Source: Caldisericia bacterium (lineage in GTDB: Bacteria > Caldisericota > Caldisericia > JAAYUI01). From it: a stretch of DNA of 64,000 nucleotides. Within the stretch, counting starts at the first letter, position 1. Every line of letters starts with the position of its first letter. Location of the stretch: assembly GCA_963674785.1 (NCBI GenBank), contig OY771555.1:1440001-1504000 (forward strand), in the 5' to 3' direction. The position numbers and the translations under genes were made by a program. The notes under the pieces were generated by a model. The model did not search any database, was not told the DNA's origin, and worked only from the letters and a program-made list of their open reading frames with translations. Shown here piece after piece: positions 28,975-37,245 of the stretch.

Positions 28975-30026
28975 AACTAGTCATTCTACCAGTAATTCTT
29001 CTGGTTTTAGTTTTTGTCGTATCCTGTGCAACAAAGGAAACCTTAGTGCTTGAAAACATAACAATATCAACTGATTCACATCCAGAATTTGTTCTAAAGA
29101 ACACAGACAATCTTTCAGAAGAGCAACTCAAAAAGGATGAAAAAATAGCATCTGCCCTCAACAAAGCCCTTACAGACTACCCAGAACTCTCAACCATGCT
29201 TGAAGCAGATATGATAGATGGAGGAAGCAACAGTTACATCTATGAAGGTTCAGAACCATTCTTCAAAACATTGAATGAATTCACTGATGAAAACTTCAAA
29301 AAAGCAATATCAATGTTCACCGACATCACTGAAGATGAGTTTATTTACAATGCTGCTATTGGGTATGGGATATCAAATGAGGAAAAGTTGATGTTTGAAA
29401 TCCCCGAAGAACCATTGACTGAGAGAGTAAAAGAAACAAAAATTGTAAAATCATCTTTTGATGAAATGATGGTATGGGGATTTTGGTCGACATTCTTTAA
29501 CAGGCAAGATATACCTATTGCTAAAGCTAACATGTCGGAATACGAGTGTTCACTAGACCAGATTCTTGATTTAGAAGTATATACAATAGTACAGTTTTTG
29601 TTTAACAAAGAGCTTGTCAATTTGCTTAGGAATAAAAGTATCACTATCAATTATATTCAAAACTTAGTTTTTCATTATGATTCAATGCTAGAGTCTTTCA
29701 ACAGAATCGGGCTCAACATCGATTACCAATATACTTCAAATCGTTTTGAACAGATTATGTTTTCATCAATGATGTTATCAATGATTATTAAAGGGTATAA
29801 TTCAGTGATAAGCCTAGGTCATCTGCTATACTCACAACTAAACTATTTGCTTATGATTAACAAAGCAGACTACATTTTTTCACTGGGAGAAATGGACATG
29901 GTTATAGTTGATGTTATGAAGACTTTTATAGGAAATGAGGGAAAAATAAATATATCTTTACTTTCAGATTGGCACTCTGTCCACGGAGTTGACTATACTT
30001 ATCAATTTGATGATTTTAGGCAATAA
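28971..30026 (+). CDS. lipoprotein, paralog 3 of tandem family
   Basis: ATGA overlap; lipobox VVSC; family core. Confidence 0.85.
   Translation: MKLVILPVILLVLVFVVSCATKETLVLENITISTDSHPEFVLKNTDNLSEEQLKKDEKIASALNKALTDYPELSTMLEADMIDGGSNSYIYEGSEPFFKTLNEFTDENFKKAISMFTDITEDEFIYNAAIGYGISNEEKLMFEIPEEPLTERVKETKIVKSSFDEMMVWGFWSTFFNRQDIPIAKANMSEYECSLDQILDLEVYTIVQFLFNKELVNLLRNKSITINYIQNLVFHYDSMLESFNRIGLNIDYQYTSNRFEQIMFSSMMLSMIIKGYNSVISLGHLLYSQLNYLLMINKADYIFSLGEMDMVIVDVMKTFIGNEGKINISLLSDWHSVHGVDYTYQFDDFRQ
28987..29281 (+). repeat. direct repeat B, copy 1 (copy 2 at 32455-32749)
   Basis: 295 bp, apparently identical at offset 3468. Confidence 0.9.
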
Positions 30027-30065
30027 ACCTCCTCCTTGGGGAACTTATAACAAAGGGAGTAAGAA

Positions 30066-31205
30066 ATGAGAAACAAAAAAGCATTTATTCTACCAGTAAT
30101 TCTTCTGGTTTTAGTTTTCATCATATCCTGCAGTACAAAGGAAACTGCTATGCTTGATAATATTACCTTATCAACTGATTCACATCCAGAATTTGTTCTG
30201 AAATCCAGTAAGAATATGTCTGAAAAACAAATTTCAAAAGATGAAAGGATAAAGGATGCTCTTAACAAGGCCATTACAGACTACCCCGAACTCTCATCCA
30301 TGCTTGAAGCAGACATGATAGATGGAGGAAGCAATAACTACATCTATGAAGGCTCAGAACCCTTCTTCAAAACATTGAATGAATTCACAGATGAAAACTT
30401 CAAAAAAGCTAAGTCAATGTTCCCAGAGATAACTGAAGATGAGTTTATTTACAATGCTGCCATAGGGTATGGGATTGCAAACAAAGGAACTCAAATTCAA
30501 ATCAATACAGAGGTCCTTTTAGATAATCTAAATGGAAATGGTACCACCAAATACCTAAACATTGAGGAATCAGTGACAAGCTCATTTTGGGCATTGTATC
30601 TGAACTCTTATTTTGATAACAACATAAGAATCAACAATGACTCTTCCAATAACGATGTCACTTTGAACTCACCAGCTGACATAAAATCTGAATCAGAGCA
30701 AACATTGATACTCTATGAGTATTTCAAATTAATTTATCACGAAAAATATGTTGCAAAAAAGCTGATTAATAAGGAAGTGTACTACAAATTGGGTAGCAAG
30801 GAACAACCTAACTATGCTTTGACTGGTTTATTCTTGGAAAAACTCAGTGAGAATCCACTCTTTCAATTTGAAAATCTTGAGATGACAGATCATTTTATTG
30901 AAATTGGGATAGAATCATTAATTCTGAACTACTTGTTAAGTGGGATAAAAAACAACCAACCATTCAGGATTGGACATGTCTTAGGAGTATCGACTGAATA
31001 CTTGGCAGAAATATGTAAAACAACTTTTACAATCAGTAAGATCGAATCAGACAACATTGGTGATACATTTGTCGGTGATGTTTTTAACAATAATAATCTT
31101 GAAACTGCTAGTGACATTGAGCCTTGGAGGAATTGGTTCAGATGGAAAAAGGATGCAAACATCGATTTTTATAAATCGATTAGAACCTCTGGTAAAATGT
31201 ATTGA
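30066..31205 (+). CDS. lipoprotein, paralog 4 of tandem family
   Basis: GGGAG RBS; lipobox IISC; family core. Confidence 0.85.
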   Translation: MRNKKAFILPVILLVLVFIISCSTKETAMLDNITLSTDSHPEFVLKSSKNMSEKQISKDERIKDALNKAITDYPELSSMLEADMIDGGSNNYIYEGSEPFFKTLNEFTDENFKKAKSMFPEITEDEFIYNAAIGYGIANKGTQIQINTEVLLDNLNGNGTTKYLNIEESVTSSFWALYLNSYFDNNIRINNDSSNNDVTLNSPADIKSESEQTLILYEYFKLIYHEKYVAKKLINKEVYYKLGSKEQPNYALTGLFLEKLSENPLFQFENLEMTDHFIEIGIESLILNYLLSGIKNNQPFRIGHVLGVSTEYLAEICKTTFTISKIESDNIGDTFVGDVFNNNNLETASDIEPWRNWFRWKKDANIDFYKSIRTSGKMY

Positions 31206-31218
31206 TTGGGAGAGCAAA

Positions 31219-32295
31219 TTGAATACTGTTAAGACATTATTGTCTTTAGTTATTTTTGTTTCTTCTTTCCTGTTTGTTTCATGCAGTAATATAACAGATA
31301 ATCTTAACAATATTGAATACAATCCGAATGTAAAACCAGGGCAATTTAAAGTTTCCAATCTTGAAAAAGAGTCTTCGAATAACACCAAAATAACATTCGC
31401 TCTCAACAAAGCCCTTGCAGACTATCCTGACCTCTCATCCATGCTTGAAGCAGATTTGATAGATGGTGGTGATAACAGCTACATTTATCAGGGAACAGAC
31501 TCATTCTTCACAACCCTCCAAACCTTCTCAGATGAAAACTACAACAAAGCAAAATCAATGTTTCCTGAGATAACTGAAGATGAGTTTTATTACTCTGCAT
31601 CAGTTGGATATATGGTTGCCAATAAAGAAGAGATAAACATTAACCTTGGTAATGAATTAAACCTTTATGAAAACAAAGATTCATTGATTCTCAATCCGAC
31701 TTTTGATGAGGTTATGTCAACTGGGTTTTGGATGTCTTTTGCAAGCAGTTACTTTGGTATCCAACTTGAAGAAGGTGGACTGATATTTGATGATATTGAA
31801 AACCCACTTGATGAAAAAGCAAATCTAGACTTTATGACAAAATACCAATTGGCAATGAGAGCAGCTCTGACTAGAAAGAACACACAAACCATAGAAAGAA
31901 GAAAAGATAACAACCAAAAGTTTGACAGAGTTGGTAGCAAAAAGTTTCCAAATAATTTTATGACCGAACAAACACTAAAATGGCTTTATGAAGCTGGACT
32001 GCACAAAGGCTCATACAATCTTCTTGATCCATTCATAGAAATTGGCACTGGTTCGACATACTTTTGCATGACAACAAATAAAGCACAAGAAGACGTCAGT
32101 TTTGATGATGGAGTTGTGAGGATTGGGCATGTAGCAAAGGCTGGTGCAGATTACTTGAATACTTTGTTTACTAAAGATGAAGCAGGCTCAGCACAACCGT
32201 GGACATTTTCTGCATCGATTTTAAATGGAATACTTGCTAAATACAATATTCTTGGCGAAATGATAATGAGATGGTTTGAAGTAAACAATGACTAA
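31219..32295 (+). CDS. lipoprotein, paralog 5 of tandem family
   Basis: TTG 31219 after GGGAG; lipobox FVSC; near-identical to paralog 2. Confidence 0.85.
   Translation: MNTVKTLLSLVIFVSSFLFVSCSNITDNLNNIEYNPNVKPGQFKVSNLEKESSNNTKITFALNKALADYPDLSSMLEADLIDGGDNSYIYQGTDSFFTTLQTFSDENYNKAKSMFPEITEDEFYYSASVGYMVANKEEININLGNELNLYENKDSLILNPTFDEVMSTGFWMSFASSYFGIQLEEGGLIFDDIENPLDEKANLDFMTKYQLAMRAALTRKNTQTIERRKDNNQKFDRVGSKKFPNNFMTEQTLKWLYEAGLHKGSYNLLDPFIEIGTGSTYFCMTTNKAQEDVSFDDGVVRIGHVAKAGADYLNTLFTKDEAGSAQPWTFSASILNGILAKYNILGEMIMRWFEVNND
31299..32111 (+). repeat. near-identical direct repeat A, copy 2
   Basis: Matches 27984-28796. Confidence 0.9.
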
Positions 32296-32377
32296 ACTAT
32301 CGATAGCGAGCCATAAAAACTGTTTCTAGAAACTTCTTTTTTGTTAATATGCAATAATGATTGAATAAAACCATCAT

Positions 32378-32405
32378 CCCCCAAGGAGGAATAGCTCCTT
32401 GGGGG
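32378..32405. other. GC-rich hairpin upstream of lipoprotein paralog 6
   Basis: CCCCCAAGGAG-gaatag-CTCCTTGGGGG, an 11-bp perfect stem with no U-tract. Confidence 0.7.
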
Positions 32406-32429
32406 AGAAAGATATAAAGGGAGTAAGAA

Positions 32430-33593
32430 ATGAAAAACAAAAAAACATTTATTTTACCAGTAATTCTTCTGGTTTTAGTTTTTGTCGTATCCTGTGCAAC
32501 AAAGGAAACCTTAGTGCTTGAAAACATAACAATATCAACTGATTCACATCCAGAATTTGTTCTAAAGAACACAGACAATCTTTCAGAAGAGCAACTCAAA
32601 AAGGATGAAAAAATAGCATCTGCCCTCAACAAAGCCCTTACAGACTACCCAGAACTCTCAACCATGCTTGAAGCAGATATGATAGATGGAGGAAGCAACA
32701 GTTACATCTATGAAGGTTCAGAACCATTCTTCAAAACATTGAATGAATTTACAAATGAAAACTACAAAAAAGCTAAATCAATGTTCCCAGACATAACCTG
32801 TGAAGAATTCTACTACTCGGTAGCGATTGGGTATGGGATTGCAAAATCAACCATGATTGAAGAAACAACTATAGAGAATATTTTTGAGTATGAGACTTCT
32901 GATGGATCGAAAAGTCCTGAGACTCTAACCATTAAACCATCATTTGATGACGTAATGGTGCATGCCTTCTGGGCATCATATTTTGGTGAAAGGTTTGAAA
33001 CAAACCTGAGTTTTGACCAAACTGACCCTACTGTTTATGATGAAATCATAAAAAACAATCCTGATCCAGATGTTTATGGTCAGTTGATTCTCGATACTCC
33101 TGCGAATCTTGAGATGATGATTAAAAGTCAGATCATGTTTATCCCAATAGCTCATGAATATGAGAAGTGGTGTGCTGAAAAAAAATTAGAAACCAGAACC
33201 AGGAATATAGTTTCTGTAGGGATAAGATATGGTGGTAATGATGTTCTTACCAGACCTCTAAGAGAAACTCTAAACTCATTCGGACTCTCTGACAAGCCAC
33301 ATGATTTGAGTAGTGAGTTTATGGAAGTTGGGACTGCTGCTATGACATATTCATTATTGACAAGAGACAACTCGAGTAAGAGCGGTGGTGGAATACAGGT
33401 AGGGGATATAGGTTGGGCAACCGTTAGGTACGCTGATTATTATGGTGCATCTGGTTTCAGAACCGGTTATAAACTTATAACTGCCAACGCATTAGTTCAG
33501 TTTGCATCTTTATGCAAAATAAACTTAGGCGGAAACATCGTTCAATGGGCATATACAAATGAGATTACTGGATCTGGGAGACTGGCTAAATAA
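32430..33593 (+). CDS. lipoprotein, paralog 6 of tandem family (mosaic)
   Basis: Lipobox VVSC; N-terminal part identical to paralog 3, middle identical to paralog 7. Confidence 0.85.
   Translation: MKNKKTFILPVILLVLVFVVSCATKETLVLENITISTDSHPEFVLKNTDNLSEEQLKKDEKIASALNKALTDYPELSTMLEADMIDGGSNSYIYEGSEPFFKTLNEFTNENYKKAKSMFPDITCEEFYYSVAIGYGIAKSTMIEETTIENIFEYETSDGSKSPETLTIKPSFDDVMVHAFWASYFGERFETNLSFDQTDPTVYDEIIKNNPDPDVYGQLILDTPANLEMMIKSQIMFIPIAHEYEKWCAEKKLETRTRNIVSVGIRYGGNDVLTRPLRETLNSFGLSDKPHDLSSEFMEVGTAAMTYSLLTRDNSSKSGGGIQVGDIGWATVRYADYYGASGFRTGYKLITANALVQFASLCKINLGGNIVQWAYTNEITGSGRLAK
32455..32749 (+). repeat. direct repeat B, copy 2
   Basis: Matches 28987-29281. Confidence 0.9.
32938..33171 (+). 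repeat. direct repeat C, copy 1 (copy 2 at 34199-34432)
   Basis: 234 bp at offset 1261; one synonymous mismatch seen (GAC/GAT). Confidence 0.9.
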
Positions 33594-33681
33594 GTGAGTC
33601 TATTTACAAACCATACCAATGTTTGCATCTTTTTATATCTTTAATGAGGAAAATAATCAACGGAGGGTATTGAAGAATAAC

Positions 33682-34860
33682 ATGAAAAGATCAACATCAA
33701 TAGCATTATCTGTATTGCTGATCATAACATCATTTACCATGTTCATCTCATGTGGTAATGGTGAAACAGTGGATAATAATGAAACCTGTTCATTAGATGG
33801 TATCTCCATATCAACAAATGAAGGTGGGGGAACACTGTTCATCTTAGATGAAAAAGGCTTATCTGATGAAATACTTAAACAAAAGAAGAACATCACAGCA
33901 TCTTTAAATGAAGCAATATCCAAGTATCCAAACCTAAGTGAAGTACTCAGTGATGACGAGAAGAATCAATCATCTTTCCTTAAAACAATGCCGTCCTTTT
34001 CTGATGAAAACTTCAAAAAAGCACAATTAATGTTCCCAGACATCACTGAAGAACAGTTCTATTATCACTCGGCTATTGGATATGGGATTGCAAACAAAGC
34101 AGTAATCGAAGAAATAACAATCGGCAATGTCTTTGATTACATAACCAATGCAGGAACAGAGAATGAAGAAAAGAGTCCGACAACCATTACTTTAAACACA
34201 TCATTTGATGATGTAATGGTGCATGCCTTCTGGGCATCATATTTTGGTGAAAGGTTTGAAACAAACCTGAGTTTTGACCAAACTGACCCTACTGTTTATG
34301 ATGAAATCATAAAAAACAATCCTGATCCAGATGTTTATGGTCAGTTGATTCTCGATACTCCTGCGAATCTTGAGATGATGATTAAAAGTCAGATCATGTT
34401 TATCCCAATAGCTCATGAATATGAGAAGTGGTACAAAGAAGAAGATATAACCAAAAAAGAAAGAGATGAGTTTTCAACAGGCATCAAATATGGTGGCAAC
34501 AATGTTCTTACAAAACCTCTCAGAGAAACACTAAACTCATATGGACTTTCAGATAAACCTCGTGACCTTAGTGATGAGTTTATGGAGATCGGAACAACTG
34601 CAATGACATATTTGCTACTAACACAAGATAATGCAAGCAAGAGTGGCAATGGCACCCAAGTAGGTGATATGGGTTGGGCAAGTGCAAGGTTTATTGCATT
34701 CTATGATCGATCAGCTGGGTATGATTTATTAGTTGGGGAGATGTCTTTTGAATTTGCTTTAGATAAAGAATTCGTTTCTGGCGGAAACCTTCTTGATTGG
34801 GCATGGTCAGATGAGAAAAATCTTGGTGGAACAGGTATGCTCGAAAATAAACCTAAATAG
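33682..34860 (+). CDS. lipoprotein, paralog 7 of tandem family
   Basis: Lipobox FISC; 'FSDENFKKAQLMFPDITEEQFYYHSAIGY'. The start could be TTG 33670. Confidence 0.85.
   Translation: MKRSTSIALSVLLIITSFTMFISCGNGETVDNNETCSLDGISISTNEGGGTLFILDEKGLSDEILKQKKNITASLNEAISKYPNLSEVLSDDEKNQSSFLKTMPSFSDENFKKAQLMFPDITEEQFYYHSAIGYGIANKAVIEEITIGNVFDYITNAGTENEEKSPTTITLNTSFDDVMVHAFWASYFGERFETNLSFDQTDPTVYDEIIKNNPDPDVYGQLILDTPANLEMMIKSQIMFIPIAHEYEKWYKEEDITKKERDEFSTGIKYGGNNVLTKPLRETLNSYGLSDKPRDLSDEFMEIGTTAMTYLLLTQDNASKSGNGTQVGDMGWASARFIAFYDRSAGYDLLVGEMSFEFALDKEFVSGGNLLDWAWSDEKNLGGTGMLENKPK
34199..34432 (+). repeat. direct repeat C, copy 2
   Basis: Matches 32938-33171. Confidence 0.9.
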
Positions 34861-35014
34861 AGATAAGACCAAAAGATATATATCACACATCATAAATTGC
34901 TCTTTTTTCTTCCTTATATATTTATATTTCGATTTTCTTGTCGAGTTGCTTGACTTATCAAAATTAGTTCATATTCTAACCATATCTAGCCAAATAAACT
35001 AATTAGGTGAATTC

Positions 35015-36424
35015 ATGAACAAGCGAAAAAATATCAATGATCCAGAAATAATGGGAAAAGAATCTATTGGGAGACTTCTTTTTAGGTTTTCAATGCCAGC
35101 AATTATAGCGATGATGGTGCAAGCGGTCTATAATGTTGTGGATAGAGCGTTTATTGGGCATTATGCGGGGTTGAATGCCTATAACGGGATTTATGTAGCA
35201 TTTCCAATTATGATGGGTTTGATGGCGATAGCTCTCCTTTTTGGCATCGGTGGTTCCAGTCTTTTTTCAATCAGACTTGGTGAGGGCGACAGAACTGGAG
35301 CGATGAAACTCCTTGGAAATACGACTATGATGCTCATCCTTTCATCAATATTGGTTACAATACTCGGGTGGGCTTTTGCAGAACCACTTCTAAAACTTTT
35401 TGGGGCATCTGAAGAGACAATGCCTTATGCGATCCAGTATATCAGGATAATTTTCTCTGGAAATATTTTTATGATGCTTGGGATGGGATTAAACAACTTC
35501 TTAAGGGCTGAGGGAAAAGCAACAATTGCTATGACAACAATGCTTATTGGAGCGGTTACAAATATGATTTTTGATTATCTCCTCATTGTTGTTCTTGGAT
35601 GGGGAACGGCGGGGGCTGCTTGGGGAACCGTTTTTGCGAGAATTCTAGTCTGTTGTTGGATCTTTTATTATTACTTCTCTGGACGAGTTGCGGTGCCTTT
35701 TAAGGTTTCGATGATGAAACTGGAATCAAAAATCATTAGTTCTGTGATGGGACTTGGAGTCTCGGCTTTTTTCCAGCAGATAAGCATGGTTATAATGACC
35801 GCAGTTTTAAATAACGTTCTCCTCAGACTTGGTGGAGATGTTGCAATAGCCGTTATGGCAACTGTTTTTTCTGTGATGGTAATGATATATCTTCCAACAA
35901 TGGGTATCGCTCAAGGAGCTCAACCAATATTTGGGTTCAATTTTGGTGCTAAGAAGTATGCAAGACTAAAAAAATCGTTGATAATATCTGCTGTTGTTGC
36001 GTTTTCCTTTGGTTTTGTTGGGTTCCTAGTTGTAAAACTTTTTTCTGCTCAATTAACTCAGATATTTGTCTCGAGCAGTTTGCCCAATGGTGCTGAGGTA
36101 ATCTCGATGACAGCAAAGGTCATGCCGATATTTTTGATGGTGCTCCCATTGACTTCTTTACAGGTTATTGGTGCGGGTTATTTCAGGTCGATTGGGAAGG
36201 TGTGGCATGCGATGGGACTTGGGCTTCTCAGGCAGTTCATCTTCTTTATTCCGATACTGTTTATCCTGGCAAGCAGATTTGGGCTTGATGGTGTTTGGTA
36301 CACTGGCCCTCTTGCTGATGTTTTGGCGTTTGTTGTGACAGGAATGTTTATGATCATAGAGATAAGAAAACTCAACAAAAACATTGACGAAAAAATCTCA
36401 AATCTAAAAGAAGAAGTGCTTTAG
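35015..36424 (+). CDS. MATE family efflux transporter (MepA-like)
   Basis: 'FSMPAIIAMMVQAVYNVVDRAFIG', 'FLRAEG', 'QGAQPIFGFNFGAK'; about 12 TM. Confidence 0.93.
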   Translation: MNKRKNINDPEIMGKESIGRLLFRFSMPAIIAMMVQAVYNVVDRAFIGHYAGLNAYNGIYVAFPIMMGLMAIALLFGIGGSSLFSIRLGEGDRTGAMKLLGNTTMMLILSSILVTILGWAFAEPLLKLFGASEETMPYAIQYIRIIFSGNIFMMLGMGLNNFLRAEGKATIAMTTMLIGAVTNMIFDYLLIVVLGWGTAGAAWGTVFARILVCCWIFYYYFSGRVAVPFKVSMMKLESKIISSVMGLGVSAFFQQISMVIMTAVLNNVLLRLGGDVAIAVMATVFSVMVMIYLPTMGIAQGAQPIFGFNFGAKKYARLKKSLIISAVVAFSFGFVGFLVVKLFSAQLTQIFVSSSLPNGAEVISMTAKVMPIFLMVLPLTSLQVIGAGYFRSIGKVWHAMGLGLLRQFIFFIPILFILASRFGLDGVWYTGPLADVLAFVVTGMFMIIEIRKLNKNIDEKISNLKEEVL

Positions 36425-37164
36425 TTAGGAAACTTTGCGACAACTACTGTTACGTTGTCGCTTCCACCTTTTGACAAAGCAGCACTAACAAGTTTTTCTG
36501 CGGATGTCTTAGGGTTTTTATACTTCTTTATAGTTTTTTCTATTTGTTTATCAAGAACATGTTCAGTAAGACCGTCTGTGCAGAAGAGCATGTATTTTGT
36601 GTCTTCAAAAGGAATACAGAAATAGTCAGGATTAATTTTTTCTGATATACCTATTGCCCTTGTTATTCTGTGTCTGCTTGGATGATTTTTAACCTCATTT
36701 TCCTCAATTTTTCCTACAGAGAGCATTTCATGAATCCAGGTGTGGTCAGTCGTTATTTGTTTAAACTCATCTTTTTTGTTGATCAGATATGCTCTGCTAT
36801 CCCCGACAGAAAAAACATGAATATAGTCTCCCAAGATTATGCCCATTACAATCGTCGTGCACATGCCAAATAGTTCTGGTCTTTCGATACTTGAGTTGTA
36901 AATATTGTTGTTTGCTTTTTCGATTGCGCTTATGGCAGTAGTTTTTATGTTCTCGGTTGTAAGGATTTTTGATTTAATCTCTTCGGCGATTATTCTTATC
37001 GCGAGGAAAGATGCCATTTCACCAGCAGCCCTTCCACCGACACCGTCGGTGACCATGACGATGTATGGCCGACCGTGATGATCAGGACGAATTATCGAAA
37101 AATGATCTTCGTTCGCTTCCTTTACTTTTCCTTTGTGTGAATGACCGTCTAGCACTATCGACAT
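36421..37164 (-). CDS. PP2C-family Ser/Thr protein phosphatase (Stp1/PrpC-like)
   Basis: 'NED', 'VTDGVGG', 'VGDSRAY', 'CTDGL', 'GGSDNVT'. Confidence 0.93.
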   Translation of the reverse strand: MSIVLDGHSHKGKVKEANEDHFSIIRPDHHGRPYIVMVTDGVGGRAAGEMASFLAIRIIAEEIKSKILTTENIKTTAISAIEKANNNIYNSSIERPELFGMCTTIVMGIILGDYIHVFSVGDSRAYLINKKDEFKQITTDHTWIHEMLSVGKIEENEVKNHPSRHRITRAIGISEKINPDYFCIPFEDTKYMLFCTDGLTEHVLDKQIEKTIKKYKNPKTSAEKLVSAALSKGGSDNVTVVVAKFPN

Positions 37165-37245
37165 ATTGTCATCTCATTATGAGGACTCTTTCTTATTTAT
37201 GCAACCCCACTTTCATTTTTTATATATGTTTGTATAATGTGTCGT

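Noticed and set aside
27984-32111. Repeat A as a diversity-generating retroelement TR/VR pair
   Set aside because: Mismatches are not adenine-specific (e.g. TGT/TTT, CTT/TTT, ACC/ACT), both copies are coding, and no reverse transcriptase is present in the window.
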